A DNA stretch of 64,000 nt from Nitrosopumilus sp. (GTDB lineage Archaea > Thermoproteota > Nitrososphaeria > Nitrososphaerales > Nitrosopumilaceae), in assembly GCA_963662625.1 (NCBI GenBank), contig OY759726.1, forward strand, positions 736,001-800,000. Direction: 5' to 3'. The notes below the pieces were generated by a model. That model saw only the letters and a program-made list of their open reading frames with translations. It was not told where the DNA came from and ran no database searches. Shown piece by piece: positions 1 to 11,009 of this stretch; position 1 is the stretch's first letter; each line of letters begins with the position of its first letter. The position numbers were made by a program, and so were the translations under genes.

Positions 1-795
1 GTCAGCAGGAAGAGGATCCCCACGCCCAAGGACGACTACCGTGGGATCGTCGGCGCCGTCGCGTCCCTGGTGGCCGAGCTGGCAGGCGGCATCGAGGAGT
101 ATTCCGTGGGGGTGTGCACCCCGGGGGCCGTCGCCAGGGGCTCGGGCCTCATGCAGAACAGCAACACGGGGTGCCTGTCGGGCGCCCCGCTCGGGAGGGA
201 CCTCGGGGAGGCGCTGGGCCGCGGGGTCGCCCTAGAAAACGACGCGAACTGCTTTGCCGCCGCCGAGGCGACGCTGGGCAGCGCCAGGGGCCACTCCGTG
301 GTGTTTGGCGTGATAATGGGGACCGGGGTCGGCGGCGGGATCGCGATAGACGGGAGGGTGCGCCGCGGGAGGCTGAACATCGCCGGCGAGTGGGGGCACG
401 CGGCCCTGCACCCCGGCGGGAACGCGTGCTACTGCGGCCGATCCGGCTGCGCCGAGGCGTACCTTTCCGGCCCGGCCCTCGAGGGCAGGTGGCGGGAGCT
501 CACCGGCAGGCGCCAGGCGCTGCCCGAGATCGTGCGGGAGCTCGACTCCCCGGAGGGCAGGCGGTTCAAGCGCGGGTGGCTCGATGACTTTGGGCTGGGC
601 CTTGCCAACGTGATCGACGTCCTGGATCCCGACGCGGTAGTGCTGGGGGGCGGGGTGTCAAACGTCGGCTTCCTGTACACCGAGGGCAGGGACGCCGTCT
701 ACGAGAGGGTGTTTGCCGACTTTGTGGACACGCCGATCCTCAGGAACCAGCTCGGCGACTCGGCGGGCGTGTTCGGCGCCGCGCTGCTGGAGTGA
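1..795 (+). CDS. ROK family sugar kinase (5'-truncated by window edge)
   Basis: Frame open from base 1; motifs ENDANC, GTGVGGG, GEWGH, CYCGRSGCAE, LGGGVS. Confidence 0.92.
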   Translation, partial: VSRKRIPTPKDDYRGIVGAVASLVAELAGGIEEYSVGVCTPGAVARGSGLMQNSNTGCLSGAPLGRDLGEALGRGVALENDANCFAAAEATLGSARGHSVVFGVIMGTGVGGGIAIDGRVRRGRLNIAGEWGHAALHPGGNACYCGRSGCAEAYLSGPALEGRWRELTGRRQALPEIVRELDSPEGRRFKRGWLDDFGLGLANVIDVLDPDAVVLGGGVSNVGFLYTEGRDAVYERVFADFVDTPILRNQLGDSAGVFGAALLE

Positions 796-818
796 CGCGC
801 CCGGGCGCGCCCGCCGGC

Positions 819-2342
819 TCACTGCGGCTCGATGGTGGATGGCGGCTTGCTCGATATCGCGTAGGTGACCCAGGTGACGTCCTCTATCTCGTTTGTTATC
901 CTGTTGCTCATCCTCTCCAGCAGGTCGTGGGGCAGCCTGGTCCAGTCGGCGGTCATGGCGTCGACAGAGTCGACCACCCTCACGGTCACCACGTTGCCGT
1001 ACATCCGCTCGTCGCCGACCACCCCCACCGCGCGGTCGTCGCCCACCGCGGCGTACGCCTGCCACACCTTCCCGTACAGCCCGGCCTCCCTCAGCTCGTC
1101 CTCGACTATCTTGCTTGCGATCCTCGCCGTGTCCAGCTTCTTCCCGGTGACCTCCCCCATCACCCGGACTGCCAGCCCGGGGCCCGGGAACGGGTGCCTC
1201 ATGAGGACGCCCTCCGGCACGCCCAGCAACCTCGCGATCTCCCTCACCTCGTCCTTGTACAGGTCCCGCAGCGGCTCCAGCACCTCCAGGCCCAGCTCCT
1301 CTGGCAGGCCCCCCACGTTGTGGTGCGACTTTATGACCGCCGCCGGCCCCTTCGAGACGCCGCTCTCGATCACGTCCGGGTAGAGGGTGCCCTGCGCCAG
1401 CCACCGGAACGGCCCGTTGCCCTCCGCAAAGCCGGTGAACGCCCGGGCGAACTCCCTGCCCACTATGGCCCTCTTCCTTTCGGGGTCTTCCACCCCCCTG
1501 AGCGCGCCGAGGAACTCCCGCGACGCGTCCACCGCGCTAAAGTCCACCTTAAAGTGCTCCCTGAACATCTTCCCGATCTCCTCGGCCTCGCCCAGCCTCA
1601 ACAGCCCGTTGTCCACGAAGACGCACTTCAGCCGGTCCCCGACGGCCCTGTGGATCAGTATGGCGGCCACCGTGGAGTCTATCCCGCCGCTCACCCCGCA
1701 TAGCACGTTGCCCTCGATCGCGGCGATCTTCTCCACCGCGGAGTCTACAAAGCCCTCCATGGTCCAGTCCTGCCTGGCCCCGCACACCTTCAGGGCGAAG
1801 TTCTCGAGGATCTTCCCGCCGCGCTCGGTGTGGGCCACCTCCGGGTGGAACTGTATCCCGTAGACCGGCCCCTCGTCCGAGGCGATCGCGGCCGCCCCCG
1901 AGGCCTCGGTGTGCCCTATCACCCTGAAGCCGGGGGGCAGCTCCTCTGCCTCGTCCCCGTGGCTCATCCACGCCCGGACCGGCCCGCCCAGCCCGCCGAG
2001 CAGCCCCCCGTCGTCGTCCACCACCAGCAGCGACGAGCCGTATTCCCTGTTCGCCCGCTTTACCCTCCCGCCGAACCTGTCGACTATCAGCTGGTGGCCG
2101 TAGCAGATCCCCAGGAGCGGCAGGCCGGCCTCGAAGATCGCGGCGTCGGGGGCCGGCGCGCCGGGGCTGTACACGCTCGACGGGCCCCCGGACAGGATCA
2201 CGCCCTTCGGGCCGTGCGCCCGCAGCTCGTCGGGGCCGATGTCGTACGGGACCAGCTCCGCGTAGACCGAGAACTCCCGGATCCTCCTGCATATGAGGTG
2301 GCTGTACTGGGAGCCAAAGTCCAAAACCAGAATCTTGTCCAT
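819..2342 (-). CDS. guaA: GMP synthase (glutamine-hydrolysing), fused GATase and ATPPase domains
   Basis: LDFGSQY, LGICYGHQ, QFHPEV, SGGIDS, IKSHHNVGG, KPPSTIE; start placed at MDKILVL. Confidence 0.97.
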   Translation of the reverse strand: MDKILVLDFGSQYSHLICRRIREFSVYAELVPYDIGPDELRAHGPKGVILSGGPSSVYSPGAPAPDAAIFEAGLPLLGICYGHQLIVDRFGGRVKRANREYGSSLLVVDDDGGLLGGLGGPVRAWMSHGDEAEELPPGFRVIGHTEASGAAAIASDEGPVYGIQFHPEVAHTERGGKILENFALKVCGARQDWTMEGFVDSAVEKIAAIEGNVLCGVSGGIDSTVAAILIHRAVGDRLKCVFVDNGLLRLGEAEEIGKMFREHFKVDFSAVDASREFLGALRGVEDPERKRAIVGREFARAFTGFAEGNGPFRWLAQGTLYPDVIESGVSKGPAAVIKSHHNVGGLPEELGLEVLEPLRDLYKDEVREIARLLGVPEGVLMRHPFPGPGLAVRVMGEVTGKKLDTARIASKIVEDELREAGLYGKVWQAYAAVGDDRAVGVVGDERMYGNVVTVRVVDSVDAMTADWTRLPHDLLERMSNRITNEIEDVTWVTYAISSKPPSTIEPQ

Positions 2343-2346
2343 TTGA

Positions 2347-2946
2347 TCACTTTGCGTTCTCAAGCATGCGAGCCAGCGACCAGCCCGCCGTGTTGATGAT
2401 CTCGTCGGCCCTCTCCTTCAGCCGGTAGTTCCTGACGACGATCTCCCGTATCCCCGAGTCGTCCTCGCTGACGTCGCAGTCGATGACCGAGTCCCTCCGT
2501 ATGGCCCCGGCGTCCGCGTCAGAGGCGTCCTTCCTCCGCATGCCCCCGATTATCCTGTCTAGGAAAAACGACCTGAAGGGCGGCGTCTCGGCCCCGACCC
2601 GCACGCGGCCGTCAAGCACGATGGAGATCTCGCCGGGCGTGACGCGCGCCCTTGCCATCACCTGCCCGCCGCGCCCGTCGGTGATCGGGATGCCGTCCCC
2701 GGCGGTCCCGCCTTGGCCAACGCCGGGCTTCCGGGGGCTTTCCGGGTCGGCGCCCTCGCCCCCGGCGGTCCCGCCGCCGTGCGCCAGCGACGAGGCCTTT
2801 GCGAAGCTGGACCCCTTGAGGACGGTGTCCAGGATCCCGAGGTTCTGCTCCAGCAGCTCCGCTGCCTCCCTGTGCTCCTCGGCCCTGGCAGACAGGTAGT
2901 CCCTCAGCTCGATGATCTTGCGGATCTGCCCCTCCGAAAACCCCAT
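2347..2946 (-). CDS. Conserved hypothetical protein (thaumarchaeal type, N-terminal coiled coil)
   Basis: ORF co-oriented with guaA and ending 4 bp before it; protein-like composition; start placed at MGFSEGQ. Confidence 0.75.
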   Translation of the reverse strand: MGFSEGQIRKIIELRDYLSARAEEHREAAELLEQNLGILDTVLKGSSFAKASSLAHGGGTAGGEGADPESPRKPGVGQGGTAGDGIPITDGRGGQVMARARVTPGEISIVLDGRVRVGAETPPFRSFFLDRIIGGMRRKDASDADAGAIRRDSVIDCDVSEDDSGIREIVVRNYRLKERADEIINTAGWSLARMLENAK

Positions 2947-2980
2947 GGCCTGGTACCGCGCGGCGGGTATTAAATTCATT

Positions 2981-3718
2981 CTAGGGGATCAGGCCGCCCA
3001 GGTCGGCGGGCCGGACCTTCCTGAACCCCCGCACCGGGCGCGACACGGTCAGCAGCTCCGAGCCCGTCCTCCCCGACAGCCATTCCAGGAGCTCCCTTGA
3101 CTTTTCCAGCTTACGCAGCTTGGCCCGCACGTCGGATCCCCTCGTCCCCGAGAGCCTCCCCACGGCGCCGTCATAGTCCATGCCGAACAGCACGATCCTC
3201 CCGGCGCCGAAGTGGCTTGCGAGGAACACGGCCCTGTCGCCGTCCGTAAAGCCGCCGAAGTTCTGCACGGTCCCGTACGGCTCGGACTGCGTGGTGCCCA
3301 GCCGGTTCCTGAAGCTCCTCGCCAGGTGCAGCCTGTGGATGTTGTCGCCGTGGGCGTGCACCGCGAAGATCGTCCCCAGCCTGCCGCACCTCCTCAGGGA
3401 CTCCTCGTCCCCGTCAAGGTCCGTGACTATGACGTCTGGCACTATGCCACCGCGGATCAGCGGCTTTACGGCGCTGTCCGCGGCGATCTTGGCGACGCCC
3501 CCGAACCCCTTCAGGACGGGCACCGCCCTCCCGAGCGACGGCCCCGCGCCGACTACGAAGACGGTCCTGCCCCCGATCAGCGCGGCCAGGGCCCCGTCCG
3601 GGACGGTCCTGCCTGCCACGTGGTCCAGTATGATCGAGGCCTCGTAGTCCAGGCGCCGGTCGTATTTGAACTCCCTCGCGATCTCCAGATACTTGCCGCG
3701 CCACCCCCGAACCGCCAT
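2981..3718 (-). CDS. mptE: 6-hydroxymethyl-7,8-dihydropterin pyrophosphokinase (DUF115/MptE)
   Basis: VGAGPSL, IVTDLDG, HAHGDN, FGGFTDGDRA, GMDY. Confidence 0.9.
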   Translation of the reverse strand: MAVRGWRGKYLEIAREFKYDRRLDYEASIILDHVAGRTVPDGALAALIGGRTVFVVGAGPSLGRAVPVLKGFGGVAKIAADSAVKPLIRGGIVPDVIVTDLDGDEESLRRCGRLGTIFAVHAHGDNIHRLHLARSFRNRLGTTQSEPYGTVQNFGGFTDGDRAVFLASHFGAGRIVLFGMDYDGAVGRLSGTRGSDVRAKLRKLEKSRELLEWLSGRTGSELLTVSRPVRGFRKVRPADLGGLIP

Positions 3719-3752
3719 ACCACTCAAATTAGCAGGGTTTGTGATAAACCAT

Positions 3753-4616
3753 GTGAACAAGCTTGGGGGCGTGCCGGTCGGGGGGGGCAGCCCCGTCCGG
3801 GTGATGGGGATACTTAACGCGAGTCCCGAGTCGTTCTACAAGAAGTCGGTCATGGCCTCGCCGGCCCGGATGCGGAGCGCCGCGGCCCGGATGGAGATGG
3901 AAGGCGCCGACTTTGTCGACGTGGGGGGGGCGTCCACCGCGCCGTACCTGCCCACCGCGGTGCCCGAGAGGACGGAGGCGGCGCGGGTCCTCAAGGCCGT
4001 CAGGGCTGTCCAGGACGCTACGAACCTGCCCGTCTCGGTGGACACGTGCAGGGCGTCGGTCGCCAGGGCGGCGCTGGAGTGCGGCGCGGAGATACTCAAC
4101 GACGTCACGGGCCTCAAGTTCGACGCGGGGATGCGCGGGGTGGTCTCGGAGTTTGGGCCCTCGCTGGTCCTGTGCGCGTACGGGGCCGGGCGCGCGGCGG
4201 GCGATCCCGCCGGGTCGGCCAGGGCCCTGCTGCGGCAGAGCGTCTCGATTGCGAGGGGCTGCGGCGTGCCTTCCAGCAGGATCGTGCTGGATCCCGCCAT
4301 AGGGTTCTTCAGGAGGGCCGGCAGCGGGGGCGCCTTTACCAGGACGGGTTCCGACTGGGCCGACAGGGACGTCCGGGTCATCTCCCGGCTGCGGTCGATA
4401 GGGCGGGGGCGCCCCGTGCTGGTGTCCGTCTCCAACAAGTCGTTCCTGGGGAGGATCCTCGGCAGGGACGCGCCGGAGGACAGGCTGTTCGGGAGCGTCG
4501 CCGCCGAGGCAGTCTCCGTGGTCAACGGGGCGGACGTCGTCCGCACCCACAACGTCGCGCAGACCAGGGACGCGGTCGCTGTGGCCTCCAGGCTGTCCGG
4601 GCGCGCCGCCGGCTGA
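3753..4616 (+). CDS. folP: Dihydropteroate synthase
   Basis: MGILNASPESF, DVGGAST, SVDT, LDPAIGF, SNKSF, VRTHNV; GTG start inferred. Confidence 0.92.
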   Translation: MNKLGGVPVGGGSPVRVMGILNASPESFYKKSVMASPARMRSAAARMEMEGADFVDVGGASTAPYLPTAVPERTEAARVLKAVRAVQDATNLPVSVDTCRASVARAALECGAEILNDVTGLKFDAGMRGVVSEFGPSLVLCAYGAGRAAGDPAGSARALLRQSVSIARGCGVPSSRIVLDPAIGFFRRAGSGGAFTRTGSDWADRDVRVISRLRSIGRGRPVLVSVSNKSFLGRILGRDAPEDRLFGSVAAEAVSVVNGADVVRTHNVAQTRDAVAVASRLSGRAAG

Positions 4617-4640
4617 TCCCGGGGCGGCGGGCCGCCGCGC

Positions 4641-6407
4641 CTAGCTGCGCAGCGGCGGGACGACCTTCCTCCTCTTGACGTCCACCATGCCGCCCGACAG
4701 CATGCGCACCGACGGCAGCGCCAGGAACGGCAGGAAGAGCGGCACCAGGTGGGGCCTCGGAAACCTGCACCCGGAGTCCGCCAGGCACGAGTTGACCCCC
4801 TCAAAGTCCGACAGCACCCTTTCAAACGGGTCGGCCGACATTATCCCGGCGACCGGCAGCCTGAGGGACGCCAGGACCTTCCCGCCTGCGGCGACGCACA
4901 TCCCGCCCCGGCTCCTCACCAGGTGGTTTGCCGCCGCCGCCATGTCGGAGTCGTCGGTGCCCAGGACGATCATGTCGTTCTCGTGCAGGCTCCACGTCGA
5001 CGCGAAGGCGCCCACCCCCGCGCCGAAGTTCTCGAGGAACCCGACCGCGCGGCGCCCGGTCCCGTGGACGCGGTCTAGGGCCGCCACCTTCCACACGTCC
5101 CGGTCGCGGGACGCGGCGACGCCGCCGTCCCTCACCCGCAGTTCGGCCGCGCCCAGCTTCGTGATGATCTCGGTCAGGAGGAGGATCGTGTTTGCCGTGA
5201 CGGCGCCCTTTTTGGAGGGCACCGCGAAGTCTGCCGGGCGCAGCATGCGCAGCCTGACGGTGTCCTTGATCCAGGCCCGGGGGGCCTTCCTGCGGATCCT
5301 TGCCGCCAGCCTGCCGCCGGAGACGGCCAGCTTCCCGCCCACGAACACCGTGTCGGGCCTGATCGACTCCAGGTCGTCAAAGACCACCATGTCGGCCAGC
5401 CTCCCGGGGGCGATCCCGCCCAGGTCCCTCCCCATGCCGTAATAGTCAAAGCAGTTCCTGGACGCCACCGTTATCGCGTCCTCGGGCCTCATCCCCAGCC
5501 TGACCGACTCCCTGACGCAGTGGTCGATGTGGCCGTGCCGGTCCAGGCCCGGGGGGTCCAGCCCGTCGGAGCAGAACATCAGCCTGTCCGTGTACGTGCC
5601 GCTGGACAGCACCCCGGGCACTATCCTGCCCAGGTCGCGCCGGATGGATCCCTCCCTTATCATGACCCACATGCCCAGGCGCAGCCTCTCGAGCGACTGG
5701 TCAAAGTCTATGGGCTCGTGGCACGACATGATCCCCGAGGCCACGTACGCGTTGAGCTTCCTGCCCGCGGCGCCCGCGGTGTGGCCGTTGATGACGCGGC
5801 CCGCCTCCAGCATGGCCGACAGGGACCGCATCGTCCCGGGATCGCGCATGGTCACCTTGGTCCACGAGAACACCTCCCCCATCCCCAGGACGCCCGGGCG
5901 CTTCAGCGCCGCCCTCTCCTGCGACGGGCTGAGCGTCCTGGCGGTGCTGAACTTCACGTCCACCGGCAGCCCGCCGGGGACCACCTGGAAGACCCTTATC
6001 GGCAGGTCCTCGCCGAGCCGCAGGAACTCGAGGAACCCCCTGTACCCCGCGACGCTGACCACGTCCACCGGGTCGGAGAAGAGCGACGTCACCCCGCACA
6101 GCAGCGACCTCCGTGCCAGCTCGGAGGGCAGGACGAACTGGTCGATGTGGACGTGCGGGTCGGCGAGGCCGGGGCAGACGAACCTGCCCCCGGCGTCGAA
6201 CGTGGCCGTCCTGGGCCCCTCGGTGTGCCCCGCGTCCGGGCCCACGTACGCGATCCTGTCGCGGGTTACCGAGATCTGGGTGTCGGGGATCACCTCCCCG
6301 GTGTACACGGACACCAGCGAGCAGTTCTTCAGCACCAGGTCGGCCTTCCTGTCCCCCATGGCAGTCGAGTTCAGGGAGGGCGCCGCGGTCGCCAGGCTGG
6401 ATGTCAC
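4641..6407 (-). CDS. ade: Adenine deaminase
   Basis: PGLADPHVHID, GEVF, INGH, CHE, IREGS, CSDG, GGIAPGRLAD. Confidence 0.9.
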   Translation of the reverse strand: MTSSLATAAPSLNSTAMGDRKADLVLKNCSLVSVYTGEVIPDTQISVTRDRIAYVGPDAGHTEGPRTATFDAGGRFVCPGLADPHVHIDQFVLPSELARRSLLCGVTSLFSDPVDVVSVAGYRGFLEFLRLGEDLPIRVFQVVPGGLPVDVKFSTARTLSPSQERAALKRPGVLGMGEVFSWTKVTMRDPGTMRSLSAMLEAGRVINGHTAGAAGRKLNAYVASGIMSCHEPIDFDQSLERLRLGMWVMIREGSIRRDLGRIVPGVLSSGTYTDRLMFCSDGLDPPGLDRHGHIDHCVRESVRLGMRPEDAITVASRNCFDYYGMGRDLGGIAPGRLADMVVFDDLESIRPDTVFVGGKLAVSGGRLAARIRRKAPRAWIKDTVRLRMLRPADFAVPSKKGAVTANTILLLTEIITKLGAAELRVRDGGVAASRDRDVWKVAALDRVHGTGRRAVGFLENFGAGVGAFASTWSLHENDMIVLGTDDSDMAAAANHLVRSRGGMCVAAGGKVLASLRLPVAGIMSADPFERVLSDFEGVNSCLADSGCRFPRPHLVPLFLPFLALPSVRMLSGGMVDVKRRKVVPPLRS

Positions 6408-6483
6408 GGATCATGGTCGGGGCCCGCGCCTATTATAGGTTCGACGGGCGGCCCGGCGGCGCGCGCTTGGCCGCGCCCGGGGA

Positions 6484-6615
6484 TCAGATCTTGCCCAGGG
6501 TCTTCTTCTTGAAGGACTGGAGGTCGTCCCGGATCGCCTTCTCGAAGGCCTTGCGGTCCTCGCCGAGCTCGCTCTTCGACTCCTCCAGCAGGTTCTTGAG
6601 TTCGTCTTTTGCCAT
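6484..6615 (-). CDS. 43-aa helical microprotein coupled to atpD
   Basis: MAKDELKNLLEESKSELGEDRKAFEKAIRDDLQSFKKKTLGKI; ATG overlaps the atpD TAA (TAATG). Confidence 0.7.
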   Translation of the reverse strand: MAKDELKNLLEESKSELGEDRKAFEKAIRDDLQSFKKKTLGKI

Positions 6616-7247
6616 TACTTCCTCTTCTCCATCACGGCCTTGAGTTTTTTTAACTTTGCGAATTCCTCGCGCTCCTTCTCCTCGAGCGTGGCGAGGATGA
6701 ACCTGATCCTCTGCTGGTACTGCGGGATGATGACGTTCTCGAGCGCGTTGAGGAGCTTCTGCGTCTTCTCGAGCGCCTTGGCCAGGCTGAAGATCGAGTT
6801 CTCGTACTCGGCGGCCTTGCAGATCTTGGGGAGCAGCTCCTTGATCTGCTTTGCGGCCCTGTCTATGGACGAGTTCGTGTCGGCAAACCCGTACGGCATC
6901 GACTTTGTGTCCTTTTCGGTGACGTGGAGCTCCGGGATCTTCACGTCCACCACCCTCCTCACCTTGATGTCCACCTCCATCACCGGCGGGGTGGACTCGG
7001 CCACGGAGTCCACCGTTACCGTGCCCAGCACCAGGTACGCCTCGTTCACGGACTTGTAGATGTCGTCGAGGGGGTCCCATATGCCCCCCCTGGCCTTGGA
7101 GGCCTCGTCGATCATCTCCTCGATGTTCTTCAGGAGGACCTTGCGCTTGTCGTCGAGGATCTTCTGGACCATCGTGGCGACCTGGTTGGAGCGCTTGTAC
7201 TTTAGCAGCTCGATCTTCGTTGCCGCCACGTTCTGCCCAAACGACAT
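6615..7247 (-). CDS. atpD: A/V-type ATP synthase subunit D
   Basis: ATKIELL...LDDKRKVL, LNALENVIIP, LEEKEREEF; operon position. Confidence 0.95.
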   Translation of the reverse strand: MSFGQNVAATKIELLKYKRSNQVATMVQKILDDKRKVLLKNIEEMIDEASKARGGIWDPLDDIYKSVNEAYLVLGTVTVDSVAESTPPVMEVDIKVRRVVDVKIPELHVTEKDTKSMPYGFADTNSSIDRAAKQIKELLPKICKAAEYENSIFSLAKALEKTQKLLNALENVIIPQYQQRIRFILATLEEKEREEFAKLKKLKAVMEKRK

Positions 7248-7251
7248 GCCG

Positions 7252-8637
7252 CTACTGGTCCTGGTAGTGCTGCTCTACGTACTTGTCCTTGATCTTGGTC
7301 AGCTCGTTCTTCGGAAGCTGGGACACGACCTTCCACAGGATGCCCAGCGTCTCCTCAAGCGTCCTGTTCTCGTCGGTCGCCTGGGAGAGGAACTCGTTCT
7401 CGAACACGTCCCCCACGTTCATGTACTTTAGGTCAATCTCGGTCAGCCCCGCCTTGCCGACGATCCCCGCCAGCGCCCTCACCTCCTGCGCCCTGGAATA
7501 CGCGTCGTAGTTCTGGTTTGAAATCTCGCCGTGGTCATCCCTGGTCCGCCCCTCGCCGATTCCGTCCTTCATCAGCCTGCTGAGGCTCATCAGGATGTTG
7601 ACCGGCGGGTAGACCCCCTGCCTGAACAGGTCCCTGCCCAGCACGACCTGGCCCTCTGTGATGTACCCCGTCAGGTCGGGGATCGGGTGCGTGATGTCGT
7701 CGGAGGGCATCGACAGGATCGGGACCTGCGTCACGCTGCCCTTCTTTCCGTTGAGCTTCCCGGCCCTCTCGTAGATGGTGGACAGGTCGGTGTAAAGGTA
7801 GCCCGGGTAGCCCTTCCGCCCCGGGACCTCCTCCCTGGCGGCGCTGATCTCCCTGAGCGCCTCGGCGTAGTTTGTCATGTCGGTGAGGATTACGAGCACG
7901 TGCATCCCCAGGTCGAACGCCAGGTACTCTGCGACCGTCAGCGCGACGCGCGGGGTGATGATTCTCTCGATTGCCGGGTCGTCTGCCAGGTTGAGGAACA
8001 GCACGCTCCTCTTCAGCGCGCCCGACTCCTCGAGGCTCCTCCTAAAGTATTCCGCCTCGCTGTACTGGACCCCGATCGCGGCGAAGACCACGGCGAACTC
8101 GTCCTGCGTCCCGATGACGGTGGCCTGCCTCGCGATCTGCGCCGCGAGGAGGTTGTGCGACATGCCGGATCCGGAGAATATCGGGAGCTTCTGGCCCCTG
8201 ACCAGCGTTATCATCCCGTCGATCACGGAGACCCCCGTCTGGATGAAGTCCTTGGGGTACTCGCGCTGTTCCGGGTTCATCGGCTCGCCGTTGATGTCGA
8301 TGAACCTGTCGGCTATCGGGTCGGGGAGGCCGTCCTTCGGCCTGCCCAGGCCGTCAAAGACCCTGCCCAGCACCTCCTTTGACACGGGCATCTCCATTAC
8401 CTTGCCGACGAACTTCGCGTTGGTTCCCGAGACTGACAGCCCCGTGGTCCCCTCGAACACCTGGACGATGGCCTGGCCGTTTCCCACCTCCAGCACCTTG
8501 CCCAGCCTGTGCTCCCCGTCGTTGGTCTCTACCTCGACCAGCTCGTCAAAGGCGGCGTTCTCGACGTCGTCGACCACCACCAGCGGGCCCTTTATCTCGG
8601 CAATCTTGCTGTACTGGACTCCGCCCTCGGCCGTCAA
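7252..8637 (-). CDS. atpB: A/V-type ATP synthase subunit B
   Basis: [35 protein letters not shown]. Confidence 0.97.
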   Translation of the reverse strand: MTAEGGVQYSKIAEIKGPLVVVDDVENAAFDELVEVETNDGEHRLGKVLEVGNGQAIVQVFEGTTGLSVSGTNAKFVGKVMEMPVSKEVLGRVFDGLGRPKDGLPDPIADRFIDINGEPMNPEQREYPKDFIQTGVSVIDGMITLVRGQKLPIFSGSGMSHNLLAAQIARQATVIGTQDEFAVVFAAIGVQYSEAEYFRRSLEESGALKRSVLFLNLADDPAIERIITPRVALTVAEYLAFDLGMHVLVILTDMTNYAEALREISAAREEVPGRKGYPGYLYTDLSTIYERAGKLNGKKGSVTQVPILSMPSDDITHPIPDLTGYITEGQVVLGRDLFRQGVYPPVNILMSLSRLMKDGIGEGRTRDDHGEISNQNYDAYSRAQEVRALAGIVGKAGLTEIDLKYMNVGDVFENEFLSQATDENRTLEETLGILWKVVSQLPKNELTKIKDKYVEQHYQDQ

Positions 8638-10412
8638 TTCGTAACCTTCACTCCCGTGATTGATTTAAACTGTTCCTCCATGTCGGCGGCCATCTGGTCG
8701 AGCTTCGGCATCTCCTCGTCCTTGATGTCCATCCGCGCCTTCATGAGGGAGCCGATTATCGACATGCCCCGGATGTCCGGCAGGGTGGCCCCTTCCTTGA
8801 GGGCCTGCTGGCCCCTCTGGTAGAACTTGACCATCAGTTTCATCAGGTTGTACTGTTTTTCCGGGCTGCAGTAGGTGTCCACCTCGTCAAACGAGTTCTG
8901 CTGCAGCAGCCCGATCTTGACCATGCGTGCCACCTCGAGGATCAGCTTCTCCTCGTCGGGCAGCGCCTCCGGCCCCAGGAGCCTGACGATCTCCTTTAGC
9001 GTGTCCTCCCTCTGCAGGATCCCGTACGCCTCGCCCCGGAGCGCCAGCCAGTCGTCGCTGATGTGCTCGCCCCACCACTTTGAGATGTCGGATAGGTAGC
9101 CCGAGTAGCTGTTCATCCAGTTTATGGAGGGGTAGTGCCTAGAGTACGCGAGCTTCGCGTCCAGCGCCCAGAAGGTCTTGATGAACCTCATGGTATGCGT
9201 CGTGACGGGCTCCGTAAAGTCTCCCCCCGACGGGGACACGGCGCCCACCAGCGTCACCGAGCCGTCGCGGTCCGGGCTGCCCATCGCCCTGACGCGGCCG
9301 GCCCTCTCGTAGAATTCTGCCAGCCTGGACGCAAGGTATGACGGGTATCCCTCTTCTGCGGGCATCTCCTCGAGCCTCCCGCTCATCTCCCTGAGGGCCT
9401 CGGCCCACCTGCTCGTGGAGTCCGCCACGAGGACGACGTCCATCCCCATGTCCCTGTAGTATTCGGCGATCGTCACGCCGGTGTATATGCTCGCCTCCCT
9501 TGCGGCCACCGGCATGTTGCTCGTGTTTGCCACCAGGACGGTCCTGTCCATGAGCGGCTTTCCGCTGCGCGGATCCTTGAGGTGCGGGAACTCGATCAGG
9601 ACCTCCGTCATCTCGTTGCCCCGCTCGCCGCACCCGATGTAGACCACTATCTGCGAGTCGGCCCATTTCGCGATTTGGTGCAGCGTCACGGTCTTACCGG
9701 TACCGAACGCGCCCGGGATCGAGCCCGTCCCCCCCTTCGCGATGGGGAAGAACGTGTCGATTATGCGCTGCCCGGTGAGGAGCGGGACGGTGGGATCATA
9801 ACGCGTGTTGTAGGGGCGCGGCTTTCGTACCGGCCACTTGTGGTACATCTTCAGGGGGATCGACTTGCCGTCCTTTTCGGCGGAGGCGATCTCCGTCTCC
9901 AGGTCGTACTCCCCCTCCGCCACGATGCTGGTGATCTTCCCGCCCGGGTGGTCGGGCGGGACCATGATGGAATGCTCTATGAGGTCCGTCTCCTGCACGG
10001 TGCCGATCACGTTCCCCGGCGCCACCTCGTCGCCGCTGCTGGCGGAGGGCACGAAGTGGTACTTCTTTGTCATGTCCACGGGATCCGTGGTGATGCCCCT
10101 GCCGATGAACGGGCCCGACGCCTTCGACAGCTCCTTCAGCGGCCGCTGGATCCCGTCGTAAAGCTGCCCGATGATCCCGGGCCCCAGCAGGACGCTGAGC
10201 GGGTTCCCGGTGCCGATCACCGGCTCTCCAGGCTTCAGGCCGCTGGTCGACTCGTAGACTTGGATGAACGCGACGTCGCCGGTCAGCCGGATGATCTCGC
10301 CGATCAGCTTCGAGTCGCCCACCACGGCGGTCTCGTACATTTTGGCGTCGGACATGCCGTCTGCCTTTACTGCCGGGCCGCTGACCCAGACTATCCTACC
10401 TTGGGCTACCAT
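8634..10412 (-). CDS. atpA: A/V-type ATP synthase subunit A (catalytic)
   Basis: Walker [30 protein letters not shown]; no intein. Confidence 0.97.
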   Translation of the reverse strand: MVAQGRIVWVSGPAVKADGMSDAKMYETAVVGDSKLIGEIIRLTGDVAFIQVYESTSGLKPGEPVIGTGNPLSVLLGPGIIGQLYDGIQRPLKELSKASGPFIGRGITTDPVDMTKKYHFVPSASSGDEVAPGNVIGTVQETDLIEHSIMVPPDHPGGKITSIVAEGEYDLETEIASAEKDGKSIPLKMYHKWPVRKPRPYNTRYDPTVPLLTGQRIIDTFFPIAKGGTGSIPGAFGTGKTVTLHQIAKWADSQIVVYIGCGERGNEMTEVLIEFPHLKDPRSGKPLMDRTVLVANTSNMPVAAREASIYTGVTIAEYYRDMGMDVVLVADSTSRWAEALREMSGRLEEMPAEEGYPSYLASRLAEFYERAGRVRAMGSPDRDGSVTLVGAVSPSGGDFTEPVTTHTMRFIKTFWALDAKLAYSRHYPSINWMNSYSGYLSDISKWWGEHISDDWLALRGEAYGILQREDTLKEIVRLLGPEALPDEEKLILEVARMVKIGLLQQNSFDEVDTYCSPEKQYNLMKLMVKFYQRGQQALKEGATLPDIRGMSIIGSLMKARMDIKDEEMPKLDQMAADMEEQFKSITGVKVTN

Positions 10413-11009
10413 CTACGATCTGACTCCGAATATGGTGGCAATTTCTTTCCTTATTAAAGGCTTCAGACGTTGGATGCGGGCGTCGATGGTATTGTCAAAC
10501 TTCATGGTGCCGTCCTTGGACTTGGCCACTATGCCGCCCAGGCAGTCTACCGCCTCGTCCGAGAGCTCCGCGCCCGGGAGCTGGGAGACGGCCGACTGCA
10601 CCACCTCCCTGTCCTTGGAGTTGGTAAATACGACGATCTCGGTGGTTCCCAGGATGCCGGTCGACTCGTCAAGCAGCGTCTTGACTAGGTTCGCATAGTC
10701 GCCGCCCCTGTCGGTGCCCTCTATCTGCCCTATGGCCTTTGCAAACACGTCGTCTACGGTCCGCTCGATGGCGACGAGCTGCTTGTTCCTGGCCTCGAGA
10801 TCGGAGCTCCCGACGATCTGTTTTTTAATCTTGTCGGCTTCCTTGTTGCCCTCCATTATGATCTTGTCGTATTCCTGCTCCAGCCTGGGCAGCGCGTCGT
10901 CCAGTTTTTGCAGGGATTCGGAATGGGAGCCCTCGAGGCTTGACAGGATGTCGCTTCCCGTCTTGTCGAGGATTTTGTCTATGGCCTGTTCCAATGAATT
11001 TGAGCCCAA
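10413..11009 (-). CDS. atpE: A/V-type ATP synthase subunit E
   Basis: N-terminal coiled coil, C-terminal LGGIVAKSKDG...DNTIDAR; abuts atpA. Confidence 0.9.
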   Translation of the reverse strand: MGSNSLEQAIDKILDKTGSDILSSLEGSHSESLQKLDDALPRLEQEYDKIIMEGNKEADKIKKQIVGSSDLEARNKQLVAIERTVDDVFAKAIGQIEGTDRGGDYANLVKTLLDESTGILGTTEIVVFTNSKDREVVQSAVSQLPGAELSDEAVDCLGGIVAKSKDGTMKFDNTIDARIQRLKPLIRKEIATIFGVRS

